The notes: a model not told the origin generated them from the sequence alone. A stretch of DNA of 64,000 bases from Chrysomallon squamiferum (GCA_012295275.1 CM022678.1:15252001-15316000), one strand, 5' to 3'. Numbered from the stretch's first letter, positions 26,285 through 39,545 are shown. Numbers and translations are program-made.

Positions 26285-29200
26285 AAAAAATTAAAACAAT
26301 AATGAAAAACAGCACATTAAAACATTTTTTTAAAAACTGTAATAACATCTTTAGTAAACTTTCAGTCAAACAGATAATATATTTTGTATATCATAAAGTT
26401 ACTGCTGTATAATGCAAGATAAACAAGATTTGCTAGTAAGAAAGTTTGATAATAAAAAGAAATGTGGATAAATATATAGTTAATTAGCACATTTAGCTTT
26501 AACATAATTAAAATTATGGAAGGAGCAACTTAAAATATAACTGAATGAACTGCATATTTCATATACTTACATGTACTTACAACCAAAAAAGAAATTAATA
26601 ATCTTAAAATTTATATGAAAATTATATTGCTCAAATGTAAAAGATAGATGATATTTACCAGTTAAAAAATAGGTTAGTGCTCCTGCATGTAAATAAGTAT
26701 CACCAATGTCAAATGATAAAGTTCTGTGATCAGACCCACTCTGCAGCAACATCAAGATGAAGTCCAAAGACCAGACATTATTACGCATTTCCTTTTTCTT
26801 ACAAAATGGTTTCAAATCTAATGACAACCTGTCTGTCTTGCTTTTTATTTGCTGAAATGCCATATAGGCATGCTCCCAAATGTGGTTTTGTCTAATGAAA
26901 TTGTAAGCTGTTAATACCCAGACTGGACATTTCACTGGATTTAGGCCAGGAATTTGTTGGCCAGACTTTCCTAAAAATATATAACAGTATAATTATATTT
27001 AACTTAGAAACTACTTCTGTATAAAACGATACTATTTTTAAAAAATATAAAATTAATATTAAATATTTTATTAGAAAATAATTAACAATGATGGTTTAGA
27101 TTAAGATTTTTAAGAAGCAGCTAAAGTGGACAAGCATAAAACTTTCACATATTTTAATGCCTTTAATTTTTCAACACTTTCTTGTAAATTATTTAGCTAT
27201 AAAGGCATCTAAAATCCAGTATATGTTACTTATGTTTATTAATATAAAGTTAAGAAACAGTCGTGTGAAATACACTATATGTAACATATTTATTAATATA
27301 AAGTTATGTAATAATATGTACCAGACATGAACGAAATATATGATAATATAACAAACAAATTAAAAAACTGTGAATTGCTTAATTAGAAAAAAGAATAAAA
27401 TAAAAATAATCTCTTTCTTTTCAATCTATACATTCTATCTCTTTCTACAGATATTATCTTACCTTTACCCTCCACCTGATGAAAAAGAATGATTATCTCT
27501 GAAAGAATCTCTATCTGAATAACATTGTCAGCTGTGGCTGGCAGCAAGTTGTAAGCATTGATGAAAGCTTTCAGTGCTTTCTTTTCTTTTTTCAAAGCCT
27601 GGAACGAACGTCCAACTCTGGTGTGAGCCTGAAAATATTTTGTAATGGTTTTAAAGTCTTCATACATAATTGTGCATCCATTACCAAAAACATTTCATAA
27701 ATATTACATTTAAAATGCTTCATTTAAATGTGTTATAAATACGTGTCACTAATTACTGAAAATATTTCTCTATTGCTATACCAATTTTACCAAAAAATGT
27801 CTCTATAATATTACATTTAAATTGCATCATTTAAATGTGTTACAGTCGCATGTCAAAAATATTTCTGAATTATTCTATTTAAATGTATTCTAGTATGTAA
27901 AAACCAATTATTACCAAACATATCTCTAAATGTGTTGTAATTATGTGTCAGTTATAACACAAAATATTTCTATAATTTTAAAATGTTGTGAAACCTCTAG
28001 CAATTTATTACTAAAAATATTGTGACTATTACATGTAAAATGTTTTGTGAATATCTGTAAAATAATTAGAAAATATTTGTAGATCTTAACGTTATTCAGT
28101 TAATAGAAACCATCTATACTGTTACCTATGCAGTCTGCACATACAAAGTTGGTTTAACTTTCTGCATGGTAAATGGAATAAAAGAGTTTTCGTTGATAGA
28201 TTTCTTTCGATATAATTAGTTTTATCAACTATACAAAACAAATATAAATTTATATATTAAATTAATTTTGTAAAATGTTTCAAAAGAATTATGTATGAGT
28301 AAACAGAACATTTTTTGTTTCTTTCATTTATTTATATATTATTATTATTAAACTTTTTTCTTTTCTTTTCATTTTATTCTAATCAATTCAATTTTAATAA
28401 ACAGTTATACTTTGTGCCAGTTAGGGTCATATCCCACACTTTCTTTGGCATCTTCAAGTGCTTCATTCGGCTGGCCAAGTTTGAGAAAACACTCTGCTCT
28501 GTTTCCATACAACACTGACAAATCATGGTGATTTTCTTGTGTCAAGGAATCTATCCTTTCTGTGTAAACTTCAATAGCCTTACTGTAATGATAAACAGCT
28601 GCTGGATAGTTCTGCCTTTTGAACTCCTTGTTACCTTCTTCTTTAAATAATTTTGCATTTGAAAGTATACCCAGATCTTCAGAGTTGGTAGGCTCTGAAG
28701 GTTTCACTGAAAACAGAAAAGTAGCTAAAATATTATAATGGCTAAAGCTATTTACTGTAAGTCAGTCTGTGAACAGAAAAGATGTGATGCCTAGGCACAT
28801 TTGAAAAACAAACAACTTTCAGTAAAGTCATTTCATACATATTAAAGTCTGTAATATAAAATTTCTCTTTATGAAATGATCTGATGAAAAAACAACAACT
28901 TGTGTCATACAAATATGGTTGATTTGCAGTGATGTTTTAACACTTGAAAATATTTTTCATGAATTAAAATTTTGTCTTAATTATTATACATGTTTATTGT
29001 TTTAAAAGCAAAAAATATTTTATTTGTCAGTTTTCCATTAATTCTGTTACTGTAAAATACTTTTAAAATAAATGTATAAATACCATGTTTACCGCTACTG
29101 AGAAGTTTGCCAAGAGAACTAAAAGGTGGCACAAGATCTTGAGGTCTCAAGCCACTGTTATCACATACATTTGCATCAAACCTGTGGTCAAGTAATATCT

Positions 29201-32200
29201 GAGTAAGTTTTACACCAATTGCTGATTCTCCTCTGTCAGAAAGATGACAAATGATATGAAACAATGTTTTCCCTTTGTCATTTTGTAGCTGTCTTTGTCT
29301 GGCCAGCTGTTGATCAATATTCAGAACTTGACACATCAAAGCAGCATTTCCTGATAAAATATTTTCAAAAGTCATTATCCACAATGAATTTTGTTTAAAC
29401 CAGTGATTCTTAACTCTACACAACCTTAAGACACTATAAGAAGTCTAGGCGAGGTAAAAAGATATATATATATATATATTATGTGAGAAGACTTAAAACC
29501 ACTAGAAATTCATTGTATGTCTAATCACTGTTATGTAAAAATTTGACTCAAATCTAAAACATTATTCAAAATATAACTGAAAAAAATAAAAAAAACATTT
29601 TACATATTGGTGTATAGTTGATTTATTATTAATTATTAGATATCAGACACGTATATTAACAGATACTAAACAGGAAAACAAACATTTTTATTACTGATAA
29701 ACTAAAGGATTTAATATGGAAAGAGCAAGAGTCACGCTGGTACTTCCTCGTGAAGGCACAGCTGATAGAGCAAACCGTTCTACGAACAATCTCGGGACTG
29801 ATCCTGATGATGACTGAACTATGGCAATAAGTCAGCGAACAACAGTTACTGGTTTTATGAAAGATTGTTACTGTTCAGCAGACTGTTACTTCAACTATTA
29901 GTAGTCAACCCATGCACATATTGATTTTGTTTTCAAAAAAAAAATCAAAATCCTATCCATTTTCTTAAATTTTTTATTACAAAATGATACATAAAAAAAC
30001 AAAAAAACATTTTAATTTTTTTTTTTTTTTTTATATATATATATATAACAAGGTTATTTAACAATGAAAATTAAGAAAAAATAAAATAACTAATTAACGG
30101 ATAAAAGAACAACTAACCTGCTAACATGCACATTTTGATGACAATATGAAATGATGGTGTGTTTGTTGATGTTGTCAGTGTTTCGAGTGATGCATTCTGT
30201 GAGAGCAAAACCATTAACAGCTCATCGGCCCAAGCAATGGCTTCAGGAGCATCAGCAATGGAATCAAGTATAACAGACGAAGCAGGGAATTTTGCAGCTA
30301 TTCCTTGTGGATTTGGCCAAAAATTGATATCCTTTACCACCATACCAGCCTAAATGGCAGAAGAAAATAACTATAAAAATAAATAAAAAACAAAAACCAA
30401 CAGAAAAAAACAAAAACAACAACAGGTCTGAATCACATACATATATTTAATAGATCTTTTTATTTATTGATTTTTTTCTATTATTTTTATTTTTTTAAAT
30501 ATTATTAATATTATTTTTTTTCTTCTTGTTGTTGTTCAGTTGCTTATGTATGTAAATTTTTCTTTATTGTGAATTAGTCAAGGTAAAGAGTCTTGAGAAT
30601 AGCTCACCTTTGGGAGAGGTACAGGTTTGTAATTAACTCCCATCACCAAGATTTTCACAGACAACCAGTTTCCATATTTACTGAGTGTTTCAGCAATTCT
30701 CAGCCAAGATGCAGAATAATGCCGAGATACCTCAGTGAGTTTATTCAGTAGTATGGAACCTTTCAACAGTGGTAATAAAAATTAAAATAATAGTAACATT
30801 AATAATAATTACAATTGTAATGAATATAAACAACAATAATAATCATACTTACAAATGGTCACTAATAACAGCAACTAAAATTACAGATTTTATACAGTTT
30901 TAATTCTATTTTTTTTACAGGTCATGTTTTTCTATTGGAGTATAAATAATATATATATAAAGAGAACTGACTTTTTAAATCTTTTACCATTTTAACTGTT
31001 TTTATTATTGTAATATATATTAATAAACTTATGTGGTCTAGTCAAAGTAATTTTTCTACTACTTAGTTTGTGTGAGCACATCCCTGGATGATATGCATCT
31101 ATCCATATTCGTAGCTTGTGCATGGTTAGAAAATAATCAACAATACCTGAATTCTCAAGAGGGGGCAGCAGGCGTGCTATCTCCAGCAGAAAACGTGTTT
31201 TCGAATCTTCATCAGAGTGAACTGCTTGAATGAGCCCAGATATAAATACATCAAAGGCTTCAGAAAATTTTCCTTCTGATTTGTATACTTGGCCTAGGCG
31301 CCAATACCCCTGCCAAAAAGGAAGAACAGTGTATAATGAGACACAGCAAAACAGGTGACTTGCCATTTTCATTAAAATTGCTTCAAAAAAAAAATAGTAT
31401 CAGAAAATAATTAATATATGTATCTAGTAAACAAGAACAGTTATTAATAACAATAATAATAGTATATGTCAGTGTATAGTCTAATCATATGAAATACTTA
31501 GAATGAAAATGAACCTTAAATAGATTACACACACAGAAAATTTTCTCTTCTATAAAATACCTTGTAATATTTGGAGTCTGCCATTACTGCATTGTGGGCA
31601 GAAGCCAGTGCATTCTTGTTTTCACACATGTTGGAATAAACAAGAGAACAATTGCTGTGTAGAATAGCTAGCTCTGTTTTCAGTGAATTCTCTTTCATTG
31701 CTAGTGAAATGGCTGCCTCATAATGTCTCAGTGCTTGTTTGTTGTTGTTTTCTTTCTGAGCCCTGTTTCCAGCTTCTCGAAGCATTGCAATTTTCTGCTG
31801 TATATTTCCATCTGCCAGAGCAAGGCATTGAAAAAATAAACATTAATATTTAATTTCTAAAATAACTATTTCCCAATGTATCTGCTATAATATGCATACA
31901 TTTATATTGACAGATAGATATATATAATATTTAAGGATTAGGGTATTATTATCATCATATTGTAATCTTAGTTTAAACATAATATCTGAAAACTGTTTTA
32001 TTAACAAATGGTTTGACTATCTTACAATTATGCTCATGCAGAGGTGACAAACAATATTCACATATTTTAATAACCTTACCTTTCTTCTGAGAAGAATTTA
32101 ACAAGATTCCATAAGCAGGACTTCTCTTGTCTAGGTAGTCAATGGGCAGCTTTCCATGTCTGTCACAAATGTTAGTCATGCATCCATAGTTGAGTAACAG

Positions 32201-35200
32201 CTTTAGCAGACCTTCTCCACTGAATGAATTAATTTTATCTGATTTAACAATGATGTGAAGAGCTGTTTCTCCAAACTGATCTGGGTAGTCAATTTGCAGT
32301 CGAGCTGCTGGTATGTTTTCCATTACGTACTTGAACAAATCATGCACACCTAAAAATAGACAAGGATAAGTCATCAGATCAAAATCAGTAATTTGGAATA
32401 AACAAATATATTTTAGCCATTTACAGCACAACACACCAAAGTTTATTCTGATGATGAAAAGATTTAAACTGTACTTTTATTTATTCACTTTGTTAGTAAT
32501 TTTGGTTATTTACTTTTTGCTAATTTATTTTTGATTAATTGTTTATAATACTATAAGAAATTAAGTTAGCATATTCAATCAAATATAGAATAATCAATAA
32601 ATCTGTTTAGAAGGGAGGTTACTCTAGTAAGCTGAACCTGTTTGTAAAGCAGTGATCAGTGCTGATATTGGGATTGGTTCTTCTGGACTACGGCAGATTG
32701 TATTAACATCAGCTCCTTTCTTCAGAAGACAAACAGCCAGATTAATTCCCCAGCTTTTTAAGTCTGATTCATTGAGAGCACAAAGAAGATTTCTGACAAC
32801 AATGCCCTCTGTTGAGCATTCTGCTGCTACACCTTCAAATGGACAGTCGCCAGAAAATGAACCACCTAGGATCAAAATCTGTACAGCTTCCCAGTTGTTA
32901 GTGGATGCCAGCTGTTGGACAACCTTTGACCATAGTGCAAGGTCAGTTGGAATATCAAGTGAAGCAATAGCATGTATGCATTCAGGATACTCCATTTCTG
33001 TTTGAGAAGCTAGAGAAAACATTTACAAAATGATAGTCACACAAAAAAATATAAATAATAATAAAACATCTGGAATCAGCACACTCTAACAATAACTGAA
33101 GCAGTTAACAGAAACAACAAGTATAAAATTATTTGTATTGATTTTTAACAATCAATCTTTTCAAAGAATAAAGTATGACAGAAAGGAACAAATATTTACT
33201 CAGACGGGAAGTGGTTAGAAATAGAAAGTAACAGATGAGCACAAAAACACATTTAGTATATGCAATGTGTATGCATGTCAGATAAAACTACTGACTATAT
33301 AGCATAGGAACTGTAATTGCCATTTCTGCAAGCACTTGAATCTGGTCATCTTTATTTAGTGATCTTCCATGTCTGCTCCATAGAGCTGCCAAACACAACG
33401 TACTTTCACGCAAAGAACCAGCCATTTTGTGTGCTGTTGCTGCTCTCCAATACCCCTGAAAACAATCAGCCAAAAAATAAATAAATAAAACAACTTTATA
33501 AAACTCTTAAACAATATTTGAGTTTTATAATGTTGTTTTATTTATAATAATATCAATTATAATTTTCTTTAGACAAAAAAAAAAAAAAGGTTTTGTATAT
33601 TATAGTGAATGGATTGATATTTTGTTGTTTTTAATTATTATTAATTCACAATTAAGTTTTATTTTTCTTCTCTAATAGCACATAATCAATTATAGTAAAT
33701 AGATTATGATATCTGAGTTTTAATTGCTATTAAATCACAATTTAGCTTTAAATAAAATAATAATACTAATAAATGGATACTTAATTTATATTATTAAACA
33801 AAATGTTGATGTTGTACATATATTATTTCAGTGTTAAAATAAAATCTTGTTCCAACATTAAACACTTCAAAGATAATTTACACAGTATTTTCTAATTTAT
33901 ATAATTTGTATCACTGATATGAAATATATAATTTAGGTGGTCATGCAAATGGTCATAATATATTTTGTATAACTGAAAATCATTTTATTTGATTTTTAGA
34001 AGTCAGTCTTTGCTAATAACAAAAATATGATAATATAAAAAGTGCACAGAGGTATTTTTTTTATTCAGATAGAGATTCCTTCACAGATTATCATTCTTCT
34101 TCATCAGGTGGAGGGTAAAGGTAAAATAATATCTGCAGAAAATTATAAATATTCACATTTAGAAGAGGTGGAATGTAGACTGAACATTTTTTAATACACA
34201 AAGCGTGGTCACCAGGAAGAATGAAGATAATTACATGGAAATATCAGACTTATCTAGGCACCTTGATAATAAATTTTGATCTTTAACCAATTAGAAGTGA
34301 TTAAGTTTGATAATTATCAACACTGTGTACTAAATTGAGTCAATGTTTTCTGATAAATTAATTGTGGTATCAGAGTTCAATACAGATATTCAAATACAGT
34401 CCACTTTCTTAAATTTACTGAGTGCTTGTAAGTGACATATATAGCAAAGGCTTCTTTTAAGAGTGACCTGTATAACAAAGGGTCATATTTAACGTAACAT
34501 TCTAACAAAGGATCATGTTTAAAGATAGATAAGAGATGTATTTACAGTGACATTCTAATAAAGGTCACACTAAAAGTGACATCAGATGATACAGACATGT
34601 ATACCAAAGTAACAATGGGTTGGGTTTAACGTGATATGCATTATAAATGGGTTGTATTAAAAATGACCACGTATAAAGAAGAATCAGGTTTAAAGTGATT
34701 AACAAAAAGTTGTCTAAAAGAGACATGCATAACAGAGTTATTTAAAAGTGACATGCATAGCAAGCAGAGTTATTTAAAAGTGACATGCATAGCAGTTATT
34801 TAAAAGTGACATGCATAGCAGAGTTATTTAAAATAGACATGCACAACAGTTATTTAAAAGTGACATGCATAGCAGTTGTTTAACAGTAACATATGAACAG
34901 AGTTGTTCAAAAGAGATGTATAAAAAAGTTGTTTTATTGCGACATGTATAACAAACAGTTGTTTAAGAGAGACATGTGTAACAAACAGTTGTTTAAGAGA
35001 AACATGTGTAACAAACAGTTGTTTAAGAGAGACATGTATAACAAAGAATTAAGAGACGTGTAACAAAAAGTTGTTTAAGAGACACATGTAACAAAGAGTT
35101 GTTTAAAAGTGACATGTGTAACAAACAGTTGTTTCAGTGAGACATGAATTGTTTAAAGTGACATGTTTAACAAAGGATTGTGGTGTGTTTAAGATGAAAT

Positions 35201-36014
35201 GTTTAAGAAATGACTCTGTTTAAAAAGGGGTTGTATGACATATGAATAACAAACCTTCCACCAGTCTGGGTAGAGACCAATACACTGTTCTGCATCTCTC
35301 AGAGCCTCCAGTGGTGAGCCAAGTTTGATGTAAACCAATGAACGATTGCTGAATATCTTAGCAAGTTCCTCTTGAGGCAAACGAAGATTTGCAGCAATTT
35401 CAATGGCTACATTGTAACCACTAAGAGCATCAAGAAATCTGTTTTGTTTTAAAAAGACCTCTGCTGCATCTTTAGCAGCCTGAAGTTGCAAGAATGCGTC
35501 TGTAAACAAAATTAATAAACACTAACTTTAATTTTTCAAATTTGACTGAAATATGTTCTTCATATTGGTGATTATATTGTTTACATCTGAGAGCTGAACT
35601 CGATATTTTGTCATCTGTCCAGGAATGACCTATTAATTTGTTTTACATTCAATATTAGCAGCCAAATGGAAAGTTAGGACATTTAATTATTTTTAAATAA
35701 TTTATCAAAATTAATCAATTTTTTACATGCAATAAGGTCATTAATTAAAATTCTATAAAATAATTTTATTTTAGATTATTGTCATTTTGCTTACTTGACT
35801 GGGAATGTTTATGCCATTTTAATTGCTAAATAATTTTTTCAATGACCTCTTTATTTATTTAATTAATATTATTTTTTTTGGTACTTAATACAAACAATTC
35901 TCTGTGAAAGATTCCTGTTATAATTTAAATGTCATGCTGTGTACAAATCAGTACAATTAAAAAAATATATTATAAAAATATAAACTTACGTGGAGGCATA
36001 AAAGGAAATTCCAT
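11628..36014 (-). CDS. TRANK1: TRANK1-like giant TPR/ankyrin/UvrD-type SF1 helicase protein (~3,700 codons; reading frame interrupted as assembled)
   Basis: 30 coding exons with compatible phases: 35990-36014 (Kozak caccATGG), 35255-35499, 33296-33455, 32638-33009, 32080-32349, 31561-31811, 31147-31309, 30608-30759, 30118-30349, 29093-29350, 28411-28706, 27463-27628, 26659-26970, 25989-26252, 25342-25587, 24624-25037, 24103-24278, 22706-23143, 21472-22466, 21143-21217, 20647-20872, 19008-20235, 18542-18641, 18121-18333, 17704-17861, 17373-17540, 16787-16951, 15556-15787, 12552-15389, 11628-11918. SF1 motifs GRSGTGKT, IYVDETQD, TGDTAQSI, LTHNYRS, TIYEAKGLEFDDV, LYTALTRAR. TPRs (KEEGNKEFK...AVYHYSKAI...LYGNRAECFLKL) and ankyrins (GETALH, GNTVLH, GDTPIH, GNSLLH). 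Blocks such as WELAIAFSPR, IIRVWDIVLDH and GKTTCCLYRLW are recognisable as TRANK1. Confidence 0.92.
12005..12067 (+). mobile_element. Possible degenerate hAT/Charlie-type transposon end
   Basis: AGGGGTGGGCAAACTTTT...GGGGCC resembles the CAGGGGTGGGCAAACT termini of hAT-family elements; no matching opposite end was seen. Confidence 0.3.
12873..13130 (-). other. IQ-like motif followed by a matrin/U1-type C2H2-like zinc finger in the TRANK1-like protein
   Basis: NKAAKIIQRFFRHITLK (13081-13130); CGVC...HIQSNEH (12873-12995) with a long spacer between the Cys and His pairs. Confidence 0.55.
14596..14655 (-). other. CCCH-type zinc finger motif in the TRANK1-like C-terminal half
   Basis: CKMYLQGSECENKPICPYMH has exact C-x8-C-x5-C-x3-H spacing. 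Confidence 0.75.
16161..16257. repeat. Near-perfect 97-bp palindrome (48-bp arms, 2 mismatches, 1-nt spacer) in a TRANK1-like intron
   Basis: aatttaattttaaaaagtgcatgaatgttgatttatagatctatgatt - t - aatcctagatctataaatcaacattcaggcactttttaaaattaaatt; embedded in degenerate ~50-bp repeats (15830-16280). Confidence 0.9.
18220..21625 (-). other. UvrD/Rep-like superfamily-1 helicase domain of the TRANK1-like protein
   Basis: Walker A GRSGTGKT (~21587-21610), Walker B VDETQD (~19580-19600), and motifs III-VI in the correct order across exons. Confidence 0.92.
23274..23316 (-). repeat. 43-bp exact direct copy of helicase-exon sequence (19792-19834) inside an intron
   Basis: tttttgagaattccatttggttttgttagtgcctcaaatgatc is present at both positions. 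Confidence 0.9.
34061..34141 (+). repeat. Inverted copy (75/81 identical) of the exon end and 5' splice site at 27442-27522
   Basis: ttattcagatagagattccttcacagattatcattcttcttcatcaggtggagggtaaaggtaaaataatatctgcagaaa aligns without gaps to the reverse complement of 27442-27522. Confidence 0.9.
34430..35175. repeat. Degenerate ~28-30 bp minisatellite in a TRANK1-like intron
   Basis: Units such as aacaaacagttgtttaagagagacatgtgt and agagttatttaaaagtgacatgcatagc, becoming more diverged toward 34430. Confidence 0.85.
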
Positions 36015-36822
36015 GGTGATTTTTCAGAATAATCTCACTGAAAAGGTAGAAGAAAAAAAAATGTATTTGCTACCAATTGCTTCTGGATGAGATAATTGCC
36101 ATTTTAGTTATACAAAGCAAGTCATTTTTTCTCCTTTAAATAGGCAACATTCTAATGTTTACTTATTTCACTTTGACAGGACTAATAACCTTTGACTAAT
36201 AGGTTAATATATTTTCATTGTTTATTGTTTATTGTTGTTTGGTTTTGTTTTGTTTGTTATATTAACTGTTAAACTGGTGAATACTTCTCAACAGTGGCAA
36301 AATGCTAAAAAAGAAAAAAGAAAATTTAATAAATATATCTGCAAATGTTAAGAGTAGATACTAGATGTGTGTATTTAGGTCAGCTATAATGGTTTAAGAG
36401 TTTTATTTTTATCATTTGGTGATTTATAACATATAAAAACATTTGAGTTGTTGTTTTATCTTTTATTTTTTGTGGAACAGATGTTATCAACAACTGAATG
36501 CCCAGACAGTTTTAATAATATAGCAAGTGTCAGTTAATCAGACTGGCAATTACGTGTACAATGCTTGTTGAATAATTATAATGTAACTAATTTTTTTAAT
36601 TCTAGCTTATGTGATTTAATGGTATCATTTAAAGTAGATAACTGATACATAAAAAATAAATAAAATAACATGACACTGAAATATATTTTGTGACATACAA
36701 ACAAACACATTTCATTTAGATTGATATATATTAAAACAATCTCAAATGTAATTAAATTCTGAGCTTTTGGGCTTGCCAGTGAAAAAAAGAAGTGTTTTAG
36801 TTTTATATATAGATAAAACTAA

Positions 36823-36859
<37 letters not shown>

Positions 36860-37984
36860 GAAGTTTAACTAGAAAAAATATTGGATCATCTGCAAATATA
36901 TAAAACAAACCAAACAGTAGCAGTTATCTTAGAATCAGCTTATTATATAAATAAATATTTTTAAAGTAATACTCACGTAATTTTTTGATGGTACAGTGCA
37001 GGTAAATGTAACTTGTAACAATTTAACTATTCTGCCATAATTGATTTTATGCTATCCAGGAACAAATGATACAAAAACATTACTCATTTCTTAGCATTCT
37101 GCAAACTGGTTCATTATGATAAATAATTTATTGTTTTTATAGAACCAGATGTAGAAGATACATCTCTCCACACAGAATTTACTAGAAATAATCAGTTTAT
37201 CAGATATTTGTATCTATTTATATTGCTGACATCAAACTGCTATCACACATCTACTTTCAGTTTAACTAGAATATCAAGGGACATAACTAAACTATCAAAT
37301 ACTTTTTCTTCTTCTCCACTTTATTTCATTGTTTTGGAAGTTACTAGTTAAAGTTATAAAAACAGGTGTCAGTCTTTATTTCTGTTTACTTATAAGAAAC
37401 CATCTACTTTCAGTTTACCTAAAATATGAAGACACATGAATTCAAACGAATAAATAACCTATTTGATATGTTTTTTGTCTTTTTTAATGTTATTAATTTT
37501 ATTTATTAAATAGCTGTACATTTTTATTACAGCTTACTTATAACAACCAGCAATATTCCAATATAAAGCTCTGAATACAACTACATAATAGATAACTGTG
37601 CCTACTACTGAATGCAATTATCTTTGTAAACTAAAAAATGAGTTCTGAAACTAAAACTGAAGTACAGTTTTAATAATTTAATAATTAATAAGTATCTTAA
37701 CATGAACTACATTTCTAATTATAATTATAATAATAACAGTTGTTTATCATTATTATTATTATTATTAAAATAAATATCATTCTGTATCAGAAATAGTGTA
37801 TTTGTACATGACTGAAAATTAATGAGTTTTTCTGACTTTCTTTTTAAATTACAGTAGGTACGGACACTTGAACAAATAATTAATAAAAATGGATAGTGCA
37901 GAGAACTGTAATTTTACATTGTGGGTGTGTCCAATATCACAAACATGATTAACTTTGTGCAACCTTCCTGGTGTCATCTGATTA

Positions 37985-38870
37985 ACAATTATTAATGAAA
38001 GACAATGTTTTATACATTTTAAAGCACTGAAAGTGTTTTAACACAAAATTACTGGATATACTCACACATTTTCACTGTTTTCTCTATACTATGATATGAT
38101 ATTTCAATTTCTGAGAAAGATAATATTTTATTTCCTAGTACACTTCTACTTTCAGTTTACCTAAAATATCAAGGGACGTAACTCTGAATGACAATGGTTG
38201 AACACATTTTTTGTGTGGGGGGGTAATTATTATTTATTTATTTTATTATTATTATTTCTAAACTGTTATTTATAGATATAAACTATGAAGAAATATTCAG
38301 GTAAAACTCACCATGTGGATTATAATTCAGTTGCTTCATTGCTTATTTCCATTTTAATACTTATTACAAATAGATTTATTATTAAGTATATTTAAATATT
38401 GTTTTACAAATAGTTTTATAAAACAACTCAAGTAAATTTTCTTTTTTATTATGTTTCATAATATTTATGTACGTGCGTCTCTGTATACATCTGTGCCTAG
38501 ATTTTACATTTATTTTCCTTCTTACATACCTGTAGAAAGTGGCATAAAAATATTTTAAATAATTGCATACTATCAATTATCATTATTTAATTATTAATGA
38601 AAGCAAATATAATATTTTTATAACTTTTAAATATGTTTTAAACCAAATTATTGGATATACTCACAAATTTCCACTGTTTTGTGCATACGTTATAATACAA
38701 TGACATCGTCCTTGGATTTCTAAGAAACAATTTGTGCTTCCGCGTATACTTCTATTTTTAGTCGAACTGAAATATCAAGGGACGTAACTCCGAATGACAA
38801 ATGGTTACACACTGCAGTTTTGGAGGGTTTAAAAAAATAACCTATTTATTATCAATCTTTTAATTATTTA

Positions 38871-38936
<66 letters not shown>

Positions 38937-39545
38937 ATATAATATATGAAACGTGAACAAACTCTCAAGTGACATTGACCATGTTGATTATAATTCATTT
39001 GTTAGATTCCTTTTTTCTTCCTTAATACTTATTACAAATAAGTTTATTATTATTATGGTCATCTAAATATTATTTTGCAAATATTGTTTTAAATAAACAG
39101 TCAAGTACATTCTCATTTTTATTCTGTTTCATAATATTTCTGTGTGTCTCTGAATACATCTCTTCCTGTATTTTACATTTATTTTCTTTCTTACAAACCC
39201 ATAAAAAGTGACATAAAAATATTTTAAACAGTTATATACTTTAATTATTTAAGTATTAATGAAAGACAATATAATATTTTTAAACATTTTAGAGTATTGA
39301 AAATGTTTTATCACTAAAATACTTGAGATACTCACACTGTTACACTGTTTTATTGACACTTTGTAGCATTATGACATCATCCTTTGTTTTCAGAGAAAGA
39401 TATTTTACTTCCAAGTACATTTCTACTTTCAGTTCATCTAAAATATTATGGGTCATAACTCTAAATGACAATGATTAAACACTACCTTTTTGGAGGGTTT
39501 AATCCTTTATTTATTTATTTTTATTATTATTTCTAAACTGTCAAC
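37985..39545. repeat. ~610-670 bp tandem duplication (about 2.5-3 units) upstream of TRANK1-like, with partial copies at 37225-37440
   Basis: Shared blocks attaatgaaag (~37991, ~38594, ~39256), atactcac (38058, 38657, 39328) and aatatcaagggacgtaactc-like (38164, 38771, 39442; partial at 37270). Confidence 0.85.

Noticed and set aside
29716-29820. Short GC-richer ORF-like stretch (MERARVTLVLPREG...DPDDD*) in an intron
   Set aside because: Too short and antisense to the host gene; may be a retroelement 3' remnant but cannot be supported.
12534-35509. Several separate TPR, ankyrin and helicase genes
   Set aside because: All exons join with compatible phases into one TRANK1-like ORF, with no internal starts or terminal exons.
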